From IMG/VR virus record IMGVR_UViG_3300021431_000089, positions 32,001 to 96,000 of that record: 64,000 nt of DNA; one strand, given 5' to 3'. A model generated the notes under the pieces. That model was not told the DNA's origin. It did not search any database and was given only the letters and a program-made list of their open reading frames with translations. A program made the translations under genes and the position numbers. Below, in pieces: positions 9,501-18,536 of this stretch. Source of the stretch: a virus (Duplodnaviria; Caudoviricetes). The first letter of the stretch is position 1. Each line of letters opens with the position of its first letter.

Positions 9501-11777
9501 AAGATTGCAGACCTCGAAGCAGATAAAGCGACACTTGAAGCCAAGCGCGACTTTGCTATCGCCCAGCTTGAGATGGCACAACAAGTCGCAAATGGTGAAA
9601 ATGAACTAACTGTTGAGCAGTTACAGAACAGACTCAATAATCAGAACCAGGTTGTACAGGCGTTGATTGGTATGGGCTTCGATGAGAGCGAAGCTTATAA
9701 AGCTGTCCTGCAAGCCATGTCTGATAACACTGAAACGTTCGATGGCAATGTAGCCGATACGGCAGAAAATATTGCAGCCAATATGGCATCATCATCGTCT
9801 AGTATGGCGACTGGGTTTAATGCCAATGTGCGTGCCATGAATACTGGTATGCAGATTCTGGTTGGTAACGCGCATCAGGTTGCTGCCGCTATCGATGCAA
9901 TGGGCAGAGGTGAGGTGTCTGGCGCGATCGGTTATACAGATGGCGGTGGCGACGGGCAGACGATTAATACATTTGGCAAACAACTTTCGAAGAAATCTTT
10001 GGTGAGCGCCAATGTAAAATATCGGTCTCGCAACACGCAACTGAATAATATCATTAAGCAAATTAAGACCGATATAAGTGGGTACACTTCTGCTATCAAT
10101 GCGATCAATGGTCAGATTTCAGCATTAAATGCTATTAGAAATAAGGCAATCAGCGATATTGCCAATTACACACCTAAGACGTCCTCCGGCTCGGGCCGTG
10201 GCGGCGGCGGTGGAGGTGGAGGCGGCGGCGGCGGTTCCGGCTCTTCGTCCAACGAAGAGACTTGGTTCCAGAAGCAGTACAAGCTCCACCAGCACTACGT
10301 CAACATGGACAAGGAGACGCAGGCCGACTTCTTGAAGTGGCTCGACAAGGCTTATAAGCAGGCATATAAAGAAGGCATCATTACTCTGGATGAATTCTAC
10401 AAATACGAAGAAGAAGTATACAAAGGATTCAACCAGATCAAAGAGAATGCGAAGTCTACTTTTGATGCATTGGTCGACTACCGTCTCAAGATGCTCCAGA
10501 AGGAACGCGAGAATCAGAAAGAAGAACTTCAGAATCAGCTTAGCGATTTGAAAGACTTCTATGATAAACAGCGTGACATGCTTCAGAAGTCTCAAGATGA
10601 GCAGAAGTACATCAATGAACAGGCCGAGAAGCGTCAGAGTGTCACAGACCTCAAGACCGAAATTGCACGCCTTCAGTTCGACACTTCAGCTTGGGCAACT
10701 AAGCGCAGAATCGAACTGCAACAGCAGCTCTCGGACGCAGAGAAAGACCTGCAGGATTTCGAAGATGAACATGCTTTAGCTGAAGCTTTAGATGCTTTGG
10801 ATGCGGCATACAATGCCGAAGAAGAACGCATCAATAAAGAGATGGAGGCTATCGATGATGTTCTTAATGACCCGGATGCTCTGTACAATCAGGCACTGAA
10901 GGACATTAAAGGTAATACCGAAGACCTCTTCAAAGCTTTCCTTCTCTTTAATAAGAAGTACGGCGACGGCAAAGATGACACAGTCAAGTCGATGTGGGAA
11001 GAGGCGTTCAAGAACAGCGAAGCGTATAAGAAGATTTTTGGTTCTTACTACGAAGGAACAAAGATCGGTAACTATACTGGCTATAAAGCTCCGACTACTA
11101 AATCATCTTCATCATCGACAAAGAGCAGCAGTTCTGGATCGAGTTCAAGCAAGAGCAGCAGCTCTTCATCGAGCAGCAAATCCTCTGGCACCCCTTCTAA
11201 CGGTCAGACGGTTCAGGTTAAAACATCCGCTACAAACTTCAGCCCGAAGAGTGGCAGTGTCCGTATGGCGTCATTCGTTCCGGGCAGTCAGTATACTGTC
11301 TACCAGACGAGCGGCGATGAAGTTCTGATCGGACGTAACGGTGTCTATACTGGCTGGGTCTATAAGAAGGATCTTGTCGGTTATAAGAAAGGCACCAAGA
11401 ACGCCAAACCGGGTCTGCACAAAGTCAACGAGGAAGGCGCAGAAGCGATCTTCACTTCTGGCGATGGAAATAAGTATCGTATGTTCTCTGGTGGTGAGAA
11501 AGTTCTCAACGCCAAAGCAACAAGCTTCTTATATGAATTCGCCACAGCTGGCGCAGAGATCCTCGACAAGATGAAGGGCTCCGTATCTGATTCGTTCAGT
11601 CATATTGGAACATTCAATCAGCCGATCAATATTTCGATGGGCGACATTGTTATTGAGGGCGATACTAACCAGCAGACCGTTTCCGAGATCAGGCGTGCAC
11701 AGCGCGAACAGATCAACGACGTACTCAAATCATTCAAATCATATCAGATCACGTTATATCGTGGTGTTAAATACTAA
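3528..11777 (+). CDS. tail tape measure protein (TP901-type core, C-terminal SH3b-like domain)
   Basis: ~2750-aa helical ORF; GTALKTISARIRG-type TMP core; Gly and Ser linkers; GWVYKKDL; GGAGGTG RBS before ATG 3528. Confidence 0.92.
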   Translation: MPDIVIQNNNNFSIDNEAEIARLEKDLAASDAEMTKLRAHAEELERNWERVNGELETTNDLLESARQRVSMLSRSGDFTKTFQRGIRELQGYLKSVNFNDIEGREHKDVKGWIEEVGKGAITAGEAIEKFKTQYKEYILSAVSDSGDQGKFFTDLAVSLDNLAETAKKVLDIVTDLKTNGVQTVQEVKSGVDGANSTISKTTDTMTGLTAVSKETAEGMQGIVTSLKDFAEVGAGTNIANVTASLNALAGVGRGTFGDKSVKNIVYLVQQLQALSAQGQNIQPIKFDVTGVAALKSIDSKSADNIIKVVDALSKMTPAIESIASIGSSADGIKSLIELFKTDPSGGINNLKVSKASLSNLKEYLPQIAGVNTKKLQEIFGINTAGINSLKVSKASVTNVVNLARAAEILRTNGIDLSLKGDAIDELNKLTQEAVDATDATEQLDRSLDNVSEASSLNKTLTETGSLLDGVTLKIEKFTDGSFKNMQDQLKEKFPSIDESSRNQILSVLQDVEGKITSVQAKWAEFQHTGAKQVSQLLINGVDELGRSFQKVINWQEILADRESQTYKIVPFAEETVKFTAQEEKLIEIDGRLADVIVAKRKAQEDYNAALEAGVASKELGQMKNLIGSYEMLEDAIKRGGVAQNDYTLFMSNAASKSRLLTSVLREQTTALKEQETEMVDTTAARLELQNAQLKVQGVIDKALSNGVTEDNEALRGLIDMRDWFSLLEEEISRVGVSQENYDYALKNSSAEIQLYSKQLGFAIDLNKQEAAAAREAAKAEAARVNQTQARGAITTERGRVSGIINSATGLGLSDQDANLQSLVTYTNLLDILENELESANLTQKEFNTIMGNLKSIFKEPEITVKNLTKALKEQQAHIAKSASVYKDIEKACQDYAKAAESTDANVRGAYDGIKKLSFNLDEAGEKLRAGKISAEQYDEELRNTTASLKEYGKTLDDAGYGTDKVSNKFAELAQQLTRFITPLYLARKAWQTIKDMANVVIELEDAFAQLQIVTGATDKELEEFYDTAANIATTLGKSITDIAASIEVFSRLGYALPDATTLAQYATILSNVASVSTDEATTGLTSIIKGYNMHVEQAEHVSDVLVDIGQKYAVSAGEMMSAYERAGAALAATNTSFDKSAAIIAAANAAIQNANTVGTALKTISARIRGSKSDLEELGEDTTLLADGFSKYAKELKAITGVNIMVEGTTNQFKDLYDIMDGIAGVWDQLTDTQQARAAEILGGTRQLQVIASIISNWGDAEKALVTAQESAGAAARANTIYMDTTTAHMNQFKAAFQDLSHTLIESDLLKGVVDLGTNLLKMADAAIELTRSLGGLKPILGAIVGLVLMLRGDAVIGLVSKLGGVFSKVITGLISGLQAVTTAGTGTITVLDLVNGTANTAAASMTTFLSVAGMAVIAISALAAAIKSAREERRAEAEASIKAGQAYADEEKELLELVNKYEDLERSGAAHEDIMAARDAVIDKLREEGQEVEELSDRYRDYTQEVRNSVIEKLKADSYNRGNSIESAREQLDTENYGGYRDVRTIEWDRSDRQKNTEALKSIREYLQLSKTGNKGDRAEIQLDVETGNAMDAFNKVEAAMKKLQEEGNTTNAVYRELSRMYDELSAGVDTYNGLLTDQLNTTAAIQMLSTETPKSIDDYVRMRESIIGMISGQEEFKNTTIDVAAAVDNFLAKQTDFESFNAALKNVSEDAKAEYDSLLKEVSDKNIDITKTVYGNIDMNHRQAIEWTNEMISKYIHELESWGEDINSIRDTLGGTVSTVYGGSEEFDGIEIAFSPILQTENGPVLLSSDSVYSYIEALLDKVRASGESWTTEDLLKLDSEGLVIEGQRIQNIIADVGETAIKTGEAMHYVGDSGALAMAREELYKLAYQAYAAADSANALEQAYAGFSDVKSAFDGVTTSLKAITDMQDLVAEGFDVDVEKAMALAETYPQILDNATVTADGQLLLNEATVNSFLESKQAEIGASIDAKIADLEADKATLEAKRDFAIAQLEMAQQVANGENELTVEQLQNRLNNQNQVVQALIGMGFDESEAYKAVLQAMSDNTETFDGNVADTAENIAANMASSSSSMATGFNANVRAMNTGMQILVGNAHQVAAAIDAMGRGEVSGAIGYTDGGGDGQTINTFGKQLSKKSLVSANVKYRSRNTQLNNIIKQIKTDISGYTSAINAINGQISALNAIRNKAISDIANYTPKTSSGSGRGGGGGGGGGGGGSGSSSNEETWFQKQYKLHQHYVNMDKETQADFLKWLDKAYKQAYKEGIITLDEFYKYEEEVYKGFNQIKENAKSTFDALVDYRLKMLQKERENQKEELQNQLSDLKDFYDKQRDMLQKSQDEQKYINEQAEKRQSVTDLKTEIARLQFDTSAWATKRRIELQQQLSDAEKDLQDFEDEHALAEALDALDAAYNAEEERINKEMEAIDDVLNDPDALYNQALKDIKGNTEDLFKAFLLFNKKYGDGKDDTVKSMWEEAFKNSEAYKKIFGSYYEGTKIGNYTGYKAPTTKSSSSSTKSSSSGSSSSKSSSSSSSSKSSGTPSNGQTVQVKTSATNFSPKSGSVRMASFVPGSQYTVYQTSGDEVLIGRNGVYTGWVYKKDLVGYKKGTKNAKPGLHKVNEEGAEAIFTSGDGNKYRMFSGGEKVLNAKATSFLYEFATAGAEILDKMKGSVSDSFSHIGTFNQPINISMGDIVIEGDTNQQTVSEIRRAQREQINDVLKSFKSYQITLYRGVKY

Positions 11778-11783
11778 TAATTC

Positions 11784-11821
11784 GGTTGGGTGGCAATCGT
11801 AAATTCGGTTGCCTCCCGACC
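11784..11821 (+). other. intergenic 16-bp hairpin with G-U pairs
   Basis: GGTTGGGTGGCAATCG-taaatt-CGGTTGCCTCCCGACC. Confidence 0.6.
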
Positions 11822-11875
11822 ATCCATAATGCTTATTCAAAGATTGGTTTTATAAAGAAAAGGAGGCCGAGCGCT

Positions 11876-12703
11876 ATGGCAGATATATATGGGTCGCATT
11901 TCGAATATGGCGGCATAGACTCTTCTACATACGGTCTGATTATTGCCAACGTAGAGAGCACACGATTTAATCAAGTTGCCGGAACGATCACACCTGTGAC
12001 GCTTTTTAGCAAACGCGGCAAAAAGAATTATCTGATTGACGATGACTATTCAGGGTCTCCGCTTTCATTCGAGGTGGATATCGTCACTGACGATGAGCAC
12101 ACACTCAGTCAGTCAGATCGGCGTGCCATTGAACGGTGGCTGTTCAATCGCCACAGCTATCGCAAGCTGTATTTAAATCGAACAGAGAATCCAGATACTG
12201 TCGAGACTGTAGATGGAAGCGAGAAACGTCTGTATATGAACTGCAGATTTATCAACGCTTTCTATCTGGAGTATCAATGCGGTATCGTTGGTTACCGTGT
12301 GACTCTTGCGACAGACTGCGGTTATTGGTGGCAGGACGCAGTGACCAAGACATTTAATCTTGGCCACACTTCCGAGAATGCTTCAACAGTTATTCATGTC
12401 GATGTTGATGCGGACGTTGACGACTACACTTATCCAAAAGTGACTGTTATTATGAACAGTTCGGGCGGCGATTTATATATCACTAACAACACCGACAGCG
12501 ATACACGCATGACTGCTTTCACCACCCTTCCGGCTGGCGCTACGGTCACAATCGATAGTAACTACAACTTTATCAGCGGGCAATATTATGATCATTTCTA
12601 CAGGCAGTACTTCCCCCGCCTTCTCACTGGAAATAATACAATCACAGTTAGGGGGAACGTGCAGTCTATTGCGTTTGAATACAGCAATAGGAGGAACTTG
12701 TAG
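11876..12703 (+). CDS. distal tail protein (Dit)
   Basis: AGGAGG RBS; follows TMP; N-terminal FEYGGIDSSTYGL and C-terminal FPRLLTGNNTITV. Confidence 0.8.
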   Translation: MADIYGSHFEYGGIDSSTYGLIIANVESTRFNQVAGTITPVTLFSKRGKKNYLIDDDYSGSPLSFEVDIVTDDEHTLSQSDRRAIERWLFNRHSYRKLYLNRTENPDTVETVDGSEKRLYMNCRFINAFYLEYQCGIVGYRVTLATDCGYWWQDAVTKTFNLGHTSENASTVIHVDVDADVDDYTYPKVTVIMNSSGGDLYITNNTDSDTRMTAFTTLPAGATVTIDSNYNFISGQYYDHFYRQYFPRLLTGNNTITVRGNVQSIAFEYSNRRNL

Positions 12704-15700
12704 TGATTGTTAAATATGATTCTCTCGATCGATTCGAGAAGCCGAAGCTGACATTGTGTAATCCGGGTGCCAGATATACAGATGGTCACCTGACCAAAGT
12801 CCTCGGGGTCTTGAGCGATTATGATTCAGAAGAAATCGTATTTAACTTTAACTCCACATCGGAGTTAAATTTCAGAATCTATCGTGTCAAACACGACGAC
12901 CCCGATGAAGACAGCCACGCGGCATTTCTGTATAACTCTATTAAACACAGACGCCTTATCTTCGTAGAAGATGTAGGCTTTTTTGTTATCTCCGATACAC
13001 ATGAGGGTTATGAGGGTCTGGAGAATTTCATTGATGTTACGGCAAAATCGGCAGATGCCGAAATTGAACAAAAGAAAGTCCCCTACATTGAAGATAATAC
13101 CTACCCCTTCAGAACTCAATCGGAGGATGAAGTCGGCCTTCTCGACATGCTTGTCCAGTACCTGCCCTTATGGACTATTGGTACTGTTGACAACGCTGTC
13201 GCAGAACGCTGGCGCACATTTGAAGATGTATCAGTCGATGAGAACGTTCTGTCATTCATGCTCCAAGAGATGCAGGACGCATACGAATGCATCTTCGTAT
13301 TTGACATCATCAATCGAGTGATCGATGTCTACGACCAGAATAATTATGTCCGGTCAACTAACATTCATTTAACCGAAGACGATCTGATCAACACCATGGG
13401 TGTTGACTCCAGTTCGGCTGATGTATATACAGCCATCAGTGTAGTTGGTGGCGAGAACGTTACCATCGGCGCAATCAACCCGATCGGTACGAATACAATC
13501 TATGACTTCTCATACTACATCGACTGGATGTCTGACGAGCTTGGCGCGAAGGTTCGTGCTTGGCAGTTGGCGGTCGAGAATAATAAGGAGCATTACAAAG
13601 AACTGAACCTTCAGTATTACACCCTTCTCAACTCTTGCTATACATCCAACTATGAACTGCAGCGACTCAACACGCAGCTGACGATCTACAAGCGTATGCG
13701 CGAGAACATCGTCGCTGGGTCGAGCGGTGCGGCTCTTAATGAGTATAACAAGGTAATCACAGAGAATGGCGGCACAGCAATCCCTATTACTGAAAGTATC
13801 AGCGCAATGCTGCTTGCTGTTGATGCACGCATTCTGGATGTTAAGGACGCTATCCTGCATGCAGAAGATAGTCTGAATGACTATAACAGTGAGCTTGACT
13901 ACTTGGAAAAGGACATCAAAGAAATTGTTGATAGTCTTTCATTTACAACTTACTTCACCGAAGAAGAATATAACGAACTTTACTATTACATCTTTGAAGG
14001 AAGTTATAACGATGAATTTGTTCTCCTGACAAGTGAGATGACACCGCTTGAGCAATTCGAGCAGATGCAGACACTGTATGATCGTGCACAGCTCCAGCTG
14101 AAGCGTGTGTCCCGCCCTACTGAACAGTTCAATATTGACGTTGAGAATTTCGTCTTCGCTAAAGAATTTGAGCGTTGGTCAGAACAATTGGAGACAGGTT
14201 GCTTAATTAATGTAGAGCTGCCGAACGGCGAAGTCGCCGCTCTTTTCTTAAGCAACATCACAATCAACTACGATGACCATAGCCTGACTATGACGTTCGG
14301 TAACAGGTTCAATAAGTTTGACCCGAAGACATTATTCGAAAATGTTCTTGGCGGCATCAATCGATCTGCCAACTCAATCAACTATTTAAAGGATACTGTC
14401 TATCCGTTCAAGAACGGTGAGTTCAACGCAATGCGTGAACAGATTCAGGCATCACGTGATCTCACAATGGACGCAGCATTGGCTTCTGAGAACGAAGAAG
14501 TCACCATCGATGGCTCCGGTTACACAGGCCGTGAGATCAGAGAAGACGGATCATACGATCCGAGGCAGGTAAAGATTACAGGTAAGAGCATCGTGTTTAC
14601 AGATGATGCATGGGAGACCTGTAAGACTGCTATTGGTGAAATTCTTTTAGGCGATGGTACATCTACATATGGTATCAATGCCGAGACCATCATCGGCGAT
14701 CTGATCATTGGTAACCAACTTGTTATTAAGGATAATGATGGTAACGACCTTTTCACTATCATTGATAACAGAGTCACCTCTGGCGTTAGCAGTATCGATG
14801 CACGTGTCAGCAAAACAATCAAAGATACAGACTTCACATACTGTTTGCGAGAGGTCGGCACCTCACCAGCAGCAACTGATACAGACTGGACTACTGTCTT
14901 TCCGACAGAACGCGACGGTAAGCGCATCTGGCGCAAGACTGTGCTGACGCTTGAGGATGGCACACGGGTCATCAAAGCTATTGAAGACATTACTGGCGCA
15001 GACGGCACAAGTGGTGATGATGGCTTATCTGTCAAATCTATTGCATATGAATATTGTTTGAGCGGATCAGACAAAGTCATCACGTGGCCTGTCTATCCAA
15101 GCACCGAGACAATTGTTGACACCGTCTACCCTTCTGTCGCAGAGTGGGCACCGGAATGGAGTGAAAACATCCCGCCATATATCGCCGGATACTATTACTG
15201 GAAACGTGTAATCACTACTTACACAGACGACACGCAGGTCATTGGAGAGCCGTTTGTCGACTATCTGCTTAGCACTATGTACACTTCGATTACGACCAAT
15301 TCGACACGTATCGATCAGACTGATCGTGAAATTTCTTTGGTCGCCAATCGCACGACAACGGTAGCACAGGGAATCGCAGACCTTGATTCTAAGATTGATA
15401 ACTCAATTAAGAAGGTTACAGAAAACATTGCTTCGCTGAATATTACAGCGGATCAGATTACTGCCGAAGTAGCTCAGACAGTACGCGAAGGCATTGACCG
15501 TGATTACAAGTACGCCAGAACTTGGCTCAACCAGGATGGACTGAATATAGCAACCAGCGCGTCAACAACAGAGAGCTTGATTGATGGTACTGGTCTTGAG
15601 GTTCGCGAAGTAATCAGAGAGGCCGATGGAACTATTGCCAAAGACGAAAACGGCAATGAAAAGATCACAACAATTATGAAGGCTAAGGGCGGCGAAGTAG

Positions 15701-15864
15701 AGGCCGCTCGTTTTAAAGCTACAGAAACATTTACATACGACTCAGGCAAAGGATATACCACTACGATGAAGGTCTACTACTCGTCAGTCGATCAAGAGTC
15801 CGGCATCGGATGGTATTGGAGAGAATTGCCCCAAGAAGAGGAAGGAACGGAGGTGGGTAACTAA
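12703..15864 (+). CDS. baseplate hub / Tal-type minor tail protein
   Basis: Follows Dit; 1053 aa with coiled coil, IVFTDDAW.T.KTAIG and GINAETIIG motifs. Confidence 0.78.
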   Translation: MIVKYDSLDRFEKPKLTLCNPGARYTDGHLTKVLGVLSDYDSEEIVFNFNSTSELNFRIYRVKHDDPDEDSHAAFLYNSIKHRRLIFVEDVGFFVISDTHEGYEGLENFIDVTAKSADAEIEQKKVPYIEDNTYPFRTQSEDEVGLLDMLVQYLPLWTIGTVDNAVAERWRTFEDVSVDENVLSFMLQEMQDAYECIFVFDIINRVIDVYDQNNYVRSTNIHLTEDDLINTMGVDSSSADVYTAISVVGGENVTIGAINPIGTNTIYDFSYYIDWMSDELGAKVRAWQLAVENNKEHYKELNLQYYTLLNSCYTSNYELQRLNTQLTIYKRMRENIVAGSSGAALNEYNKVITENGGTAIPITESISAMLLAVDARILDVKDAILHAEDSLNDYNSELDYLEKDIKEIVDSLSFTTYFTEEEYNELYYYIFEGSYNDEFVLLTSEMTPLEQFEQMQTLYDRAQLQLKRVSRPTEQFNIDVENFVFAKEFERWSEQLETGCLINVELPNGEVAALFLSNITINYDDHSLTMTFGNRFNKFDPKTLFENVLGGINRSANSINYLKDTVYPFKNGEFNAMREQIQASRDLTMDAALASENEEVTIDGSGYTGREIREDGSYDPRQVKITGKSIVFTDDAWETCKTAIGEILLGDGTSTYGINAETIIGDLIIGNQLVIKDNDGNDLFTIIDNRVTSGVSSIDARVSKTIKDTDFTYCLREVGTSPAATDTDWTTVFPTERDGKRIWRKTVLTLEDGTRVIKAIEDITGADGTSGDDGLSVKSIAYEYCLSGSDKVITWPVYPSTETIVDTVYPSVAEWAPEWSENIPPYIAGYYYWKRVITTYTDDTQVIGEPFVDYLLSTMYTSITTNSTRIDQTDREISLVANRTTTVAQGIADLDSKIDNSIKKVTENIASLNITADQITAEVAQTVREGIDRDYKYARTWLNQDGLNIATSASTTESLIDGTGLEVREVIREADGTIAKDENGNEKITTIMKAKGGEVEAARFKATETFTYDSGKGYTTTMKVYYSSVDQESGIGWYWRELPQEEEGTEVGN

Positions 15865-17711
15865 TGGCAAATATCACCGCAAGTAAATCGGTTAATACAT
15901 ACGCTCCGGCATATCCATCATCGTACCCGTATGAATTATATATATCTGTCGAAGAGACCGGAACAAGTACTGCGGCTAATACATCATCGCTAAAATTCGA
16001 GGCGTGGATATGGTCGCATGGAGCTTCATTTAGTTCTAACTACTCAAACTCGATGAGTATTTGGTGGTACGACGACAATAACTATAAAAACGGAAAGTGT
16101 ATTGTACGCAATACATCAATCTCATCGCTCGCACAGAATTCGTGGATTACAATTACAGGCACTGCAGAGGTCTCACATAACAACAGTGGTAAGCTCAAGG
16201 GCTGGGCTGGTGTTTATTGGACAAAGAGCGACAACAACTCTTATACACCAGCGACCGCTCAGGCAGAGACGGCATGGTTCGATCTGTCGACGATTAAACG
16301 CGCATCGGTTATTTCTCTCGACAAGGATTCTGTCGTGTGTGACGGGCGCAACTCGGTTGTTATTAGCCTCTCGCGCCCCACTTCCAGCTTCACTGACACT
16401 ATCACTTACTCTTTTGGCAGAGCGACTGGAACAATTGCCACAAAGACAACAAGTACTTCTATTACGTGGGTTGTCCCAACAACGCTTCTCGATCAGATCC
16501 CGAACGACAAAGAAGGAACTGTTGAGCTAAAGTGCCAATCTTATAACGGGAACACTGCATACGGTTCGAGCACGGCTTCATTAAGAATCACAACAACCGA
16601 GGCTTTCCACGGCCCGAAAATAGTTGTCAAGCTGGAGTACGACGGGAACGGCAACGTTGCATACGGTAATCGTACGCTTAGTGACATCACTGGTGCGAAC
16701 AAATACATTTCTGGTAAATCAAAAATCTGCTTTGAATTAGAATGTACGGCGTATTATGGCGCGTCACGTGCTCGTACCGAAACAACGCTCAACGGGATGA
16801 TGTCGGGCGGTACGCTAACACCATCATTCGAAGGTGATTTCGGCGACGGGAAGGTTGTCATTACAACCAGAGACACACGTGGTTATGTTGCTAAAAAGGA
16901 AATCACTTTAGATGTTGTCAATTACTTCGAGCCAACAATCACAAGTGCTGTTGCCGACAGAGACACTACTAACGTTCAAAAGGTAATAGGTTCCCTGTCT
17001 GGTAAGTGGTTCAACGGTAGCCTTGGTGCCGAGGATAATGCATTAACAATTTCTGTTTCTTACAACAATCCTGATACGGGCCCGACCACAGTGACGGCAA
17101 CCAGTGTTGGTAACACATGGTCTTATACGGGGGAACTGTTCACTGGCTTGGCTGAGGCGCAGAGCAGTAACGTACAGTTCGTCATCAGCGATGTATTCTC
17201 AAGCGTTACCTCAAACATCATTCCGATTTATGAATACATACCTGTGTTTGCCATGTTCCAGAACCACTTCGATGTCTTTGGAACTTTACACATTCATGAC
17301 CGAGAAGATCCATCAAAGTTTACGGTCATCGGGTATGATTATTGGAATTATCATGCGGGTGATGTGGTTACCTTCGAACCACTGACGGCGTCATTCAGCG
17401 GATTTATGACGTCAGATTCGGGCGTAATCGTATTCACAATTCCGCTCGTTAAGAACGTTCCAGATGGCGTTACAACAACGGTCATCGGTGATATCATTGT
17501 CCGCCATGCAGACGGAAGCTATATCGGCGGTCAGAATGGCGATCTTATTACAAACATCGGTGTTCCCGAAATTACGACAGACAATAACTACGTGCGCATC
17601 AAAATCACGTTGCCGAGCAAATCGTCATTGACGAACAACTCGGTTCTGTGTGTAACACCGGGAACAACGGGTTTAACAGTTGCTTTTGCAGAAGCACAAC
17701 AAGGAGGATGA
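15864..17711 (+). CDS. DUF859-like minor tail / receptor-binding protein
   Basis: LSTIKRAS, FTDTITYSFG, WVVP..LLDQIPN, DTRGY motifs. Confidence 0.7.
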   Translation: MANITASKSVNTYAPAYPSSYPYELYISVEETGTSTAANTSSLKFEAWIWSHGASFSSNYSNSMSIWWYDDNNYKNGKCIVRNTSISSLAQNSWITITGTAEVSHNNSGKLKGWAGVYWTKSDNNSYTPATAQAETAWFDLSTIKRASVISLDKDSVVCDGRNSVVISLSRPTSSFTDTITYSFGRATGTIATKTTSTSITWVVPTTLLDQIPNDKEGTVELKCQSYNGNTAYGSSTASLRITTTEAFHGPKIVVKLEYDGNGNVAYGNRTLSDITGANKYISGKSKICFELECTAYYGASRARTETTLNGMMSGGTLTPSFEGDFGDGKVVITTRDTRGYVAKKEITLDVVNYFEPTITSAVADRDTTNVQKVIGSLSGKWFNGSLGAEDNALTISVSYNNPDTGPTTVTATSVGNTWSYTGELFTGLAEAQSSNVQFVISDVFSSVTSNIIPIYEYIPVFAMFQNHFDVFGTLHIHDREDPSKFTVIGYDYWNYHAGDVVTFEPLTASFSGFMTSDSGVIVFTIPLVKNVPDGVTTTVIGDIIVRHADGSYIGGQNGDLITNIGVPEITTDNNYVRIKITLPSKSSLTNNSVLCVTPGTTGLTVAFAEAQQGG

Positions 17712-17715
17712 TTGA

Positions 17716-17928
17716 ATGCCATACAACAAAACAACCTGGGTCGATAATACGACAGCGATCACGGCGGAACGGCTCAATAACATGGAAAATGGCATTGAGT
17801 CCGCAAACGGGATCGTGCCAACCACTGAGGGTGAAGCTGGTCAGGTATTAACTAAAACAGAAAACGGAGTGACGTGGGCGGAGTCCGCAACATCCCCTAA
17901 CGTTGTCGGGGAGGTTCTTGAATTATGA
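17716..17928 (+). CDS. small fibre-associated protein
   Basis: YNKTTW...ITAERLNNMENGI fibre N-terminal motif; GQVLTKT. Confidence 0.65.
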   Translation: MPYNKTTWVDNTTAITAERLNNMENGIESANGIVPTTEGEAGQVLTKTENGVTWAESATSPNVVGEVLEL

Positions 17929-18263
17929 CAGCAAGGATCAGCGGCAAGAACATTTCACTGACTCGCGGCGACACATTCAAAGCGGTTGTCGAAATTCTAA
18001 ATGAAGATGGAACACCGTACACACCGTTGCCCGGCGACTCCGTTCGTTTCAAAATGAAAGCGAACTATAACGCGTCAGAGGTCAAGATCGAGAAAGAGAT
18101 TCCTCTGGATACATTATTATTGGAGATCGACCCTGAAGATACTAAAGGACTAAAGATGCCGTCTGAGTATGTTTATGATATTCAGATCACACATATCAAT
18201 GGCGACGTCGATACATTCATAGACAGGGGTAAATTTAAGATTACCGAGGAGACAGATAAATGA
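17925..18263 (+). CDS. BppU-N-like baseplate/fibre adaptor
   Basis: ISLTRGDT...YVYDIQIT...DTFI motif. Confidence 0.65.
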   Translation: MTARISGKNISLTRGDTFKAVVEILNEDGTPYTPLPGDSVRFKMKANYNASEVKIEKEIPLDTLLLEIDPEDTKGLKMPSEYVYDIQITHINGDVDTFIDRGKFKITEETDK

Positions 18264-18520
18264 CAGAGAAATTAAGTGGCACCCTCTCTCAGACGGGTAA
18301 ATTAAGCGGCACATTAACTTCAAAAAATCGCTTATCTGGAAGTCTATCTATGGCGGTCGATACAATTTTCAATGATGACTATAACAAATTAAAAGAGGAG
18401 ACGCTTCCTCAGATCAACAGCGTGACTTTAAAGGGAAATAAACTTTCGTCTGAACTGCATGTTCAGCATGAGATGAATGCAATTTCATATCAGGATATTG
18501 ATGAATTGCTTTTTGGTTAA
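18260..18520 (+). CDS. small fibre-associated protein
   Basis: LSGTL repeats, LPQINSVTLKGN, C-terminal AISYQDIDELL. Confidence 0.6.
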   Translation: MTEKLSGTLSQTGKLSGTLTSKNRLSGSLSMAVDTIFNDDYNKLKEETLPQINSVTLKGNKLSSELHVQHEMNAISYQDIDELLFG

Positions 18521-18536
18521 ATAGGAGGTTATACAC

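Noticed and set aside
10195-10240. GGC-rich tract as a regulatory repeat
   Set aside because: Explained by an in-frame poly-Gly linker of the tape measure
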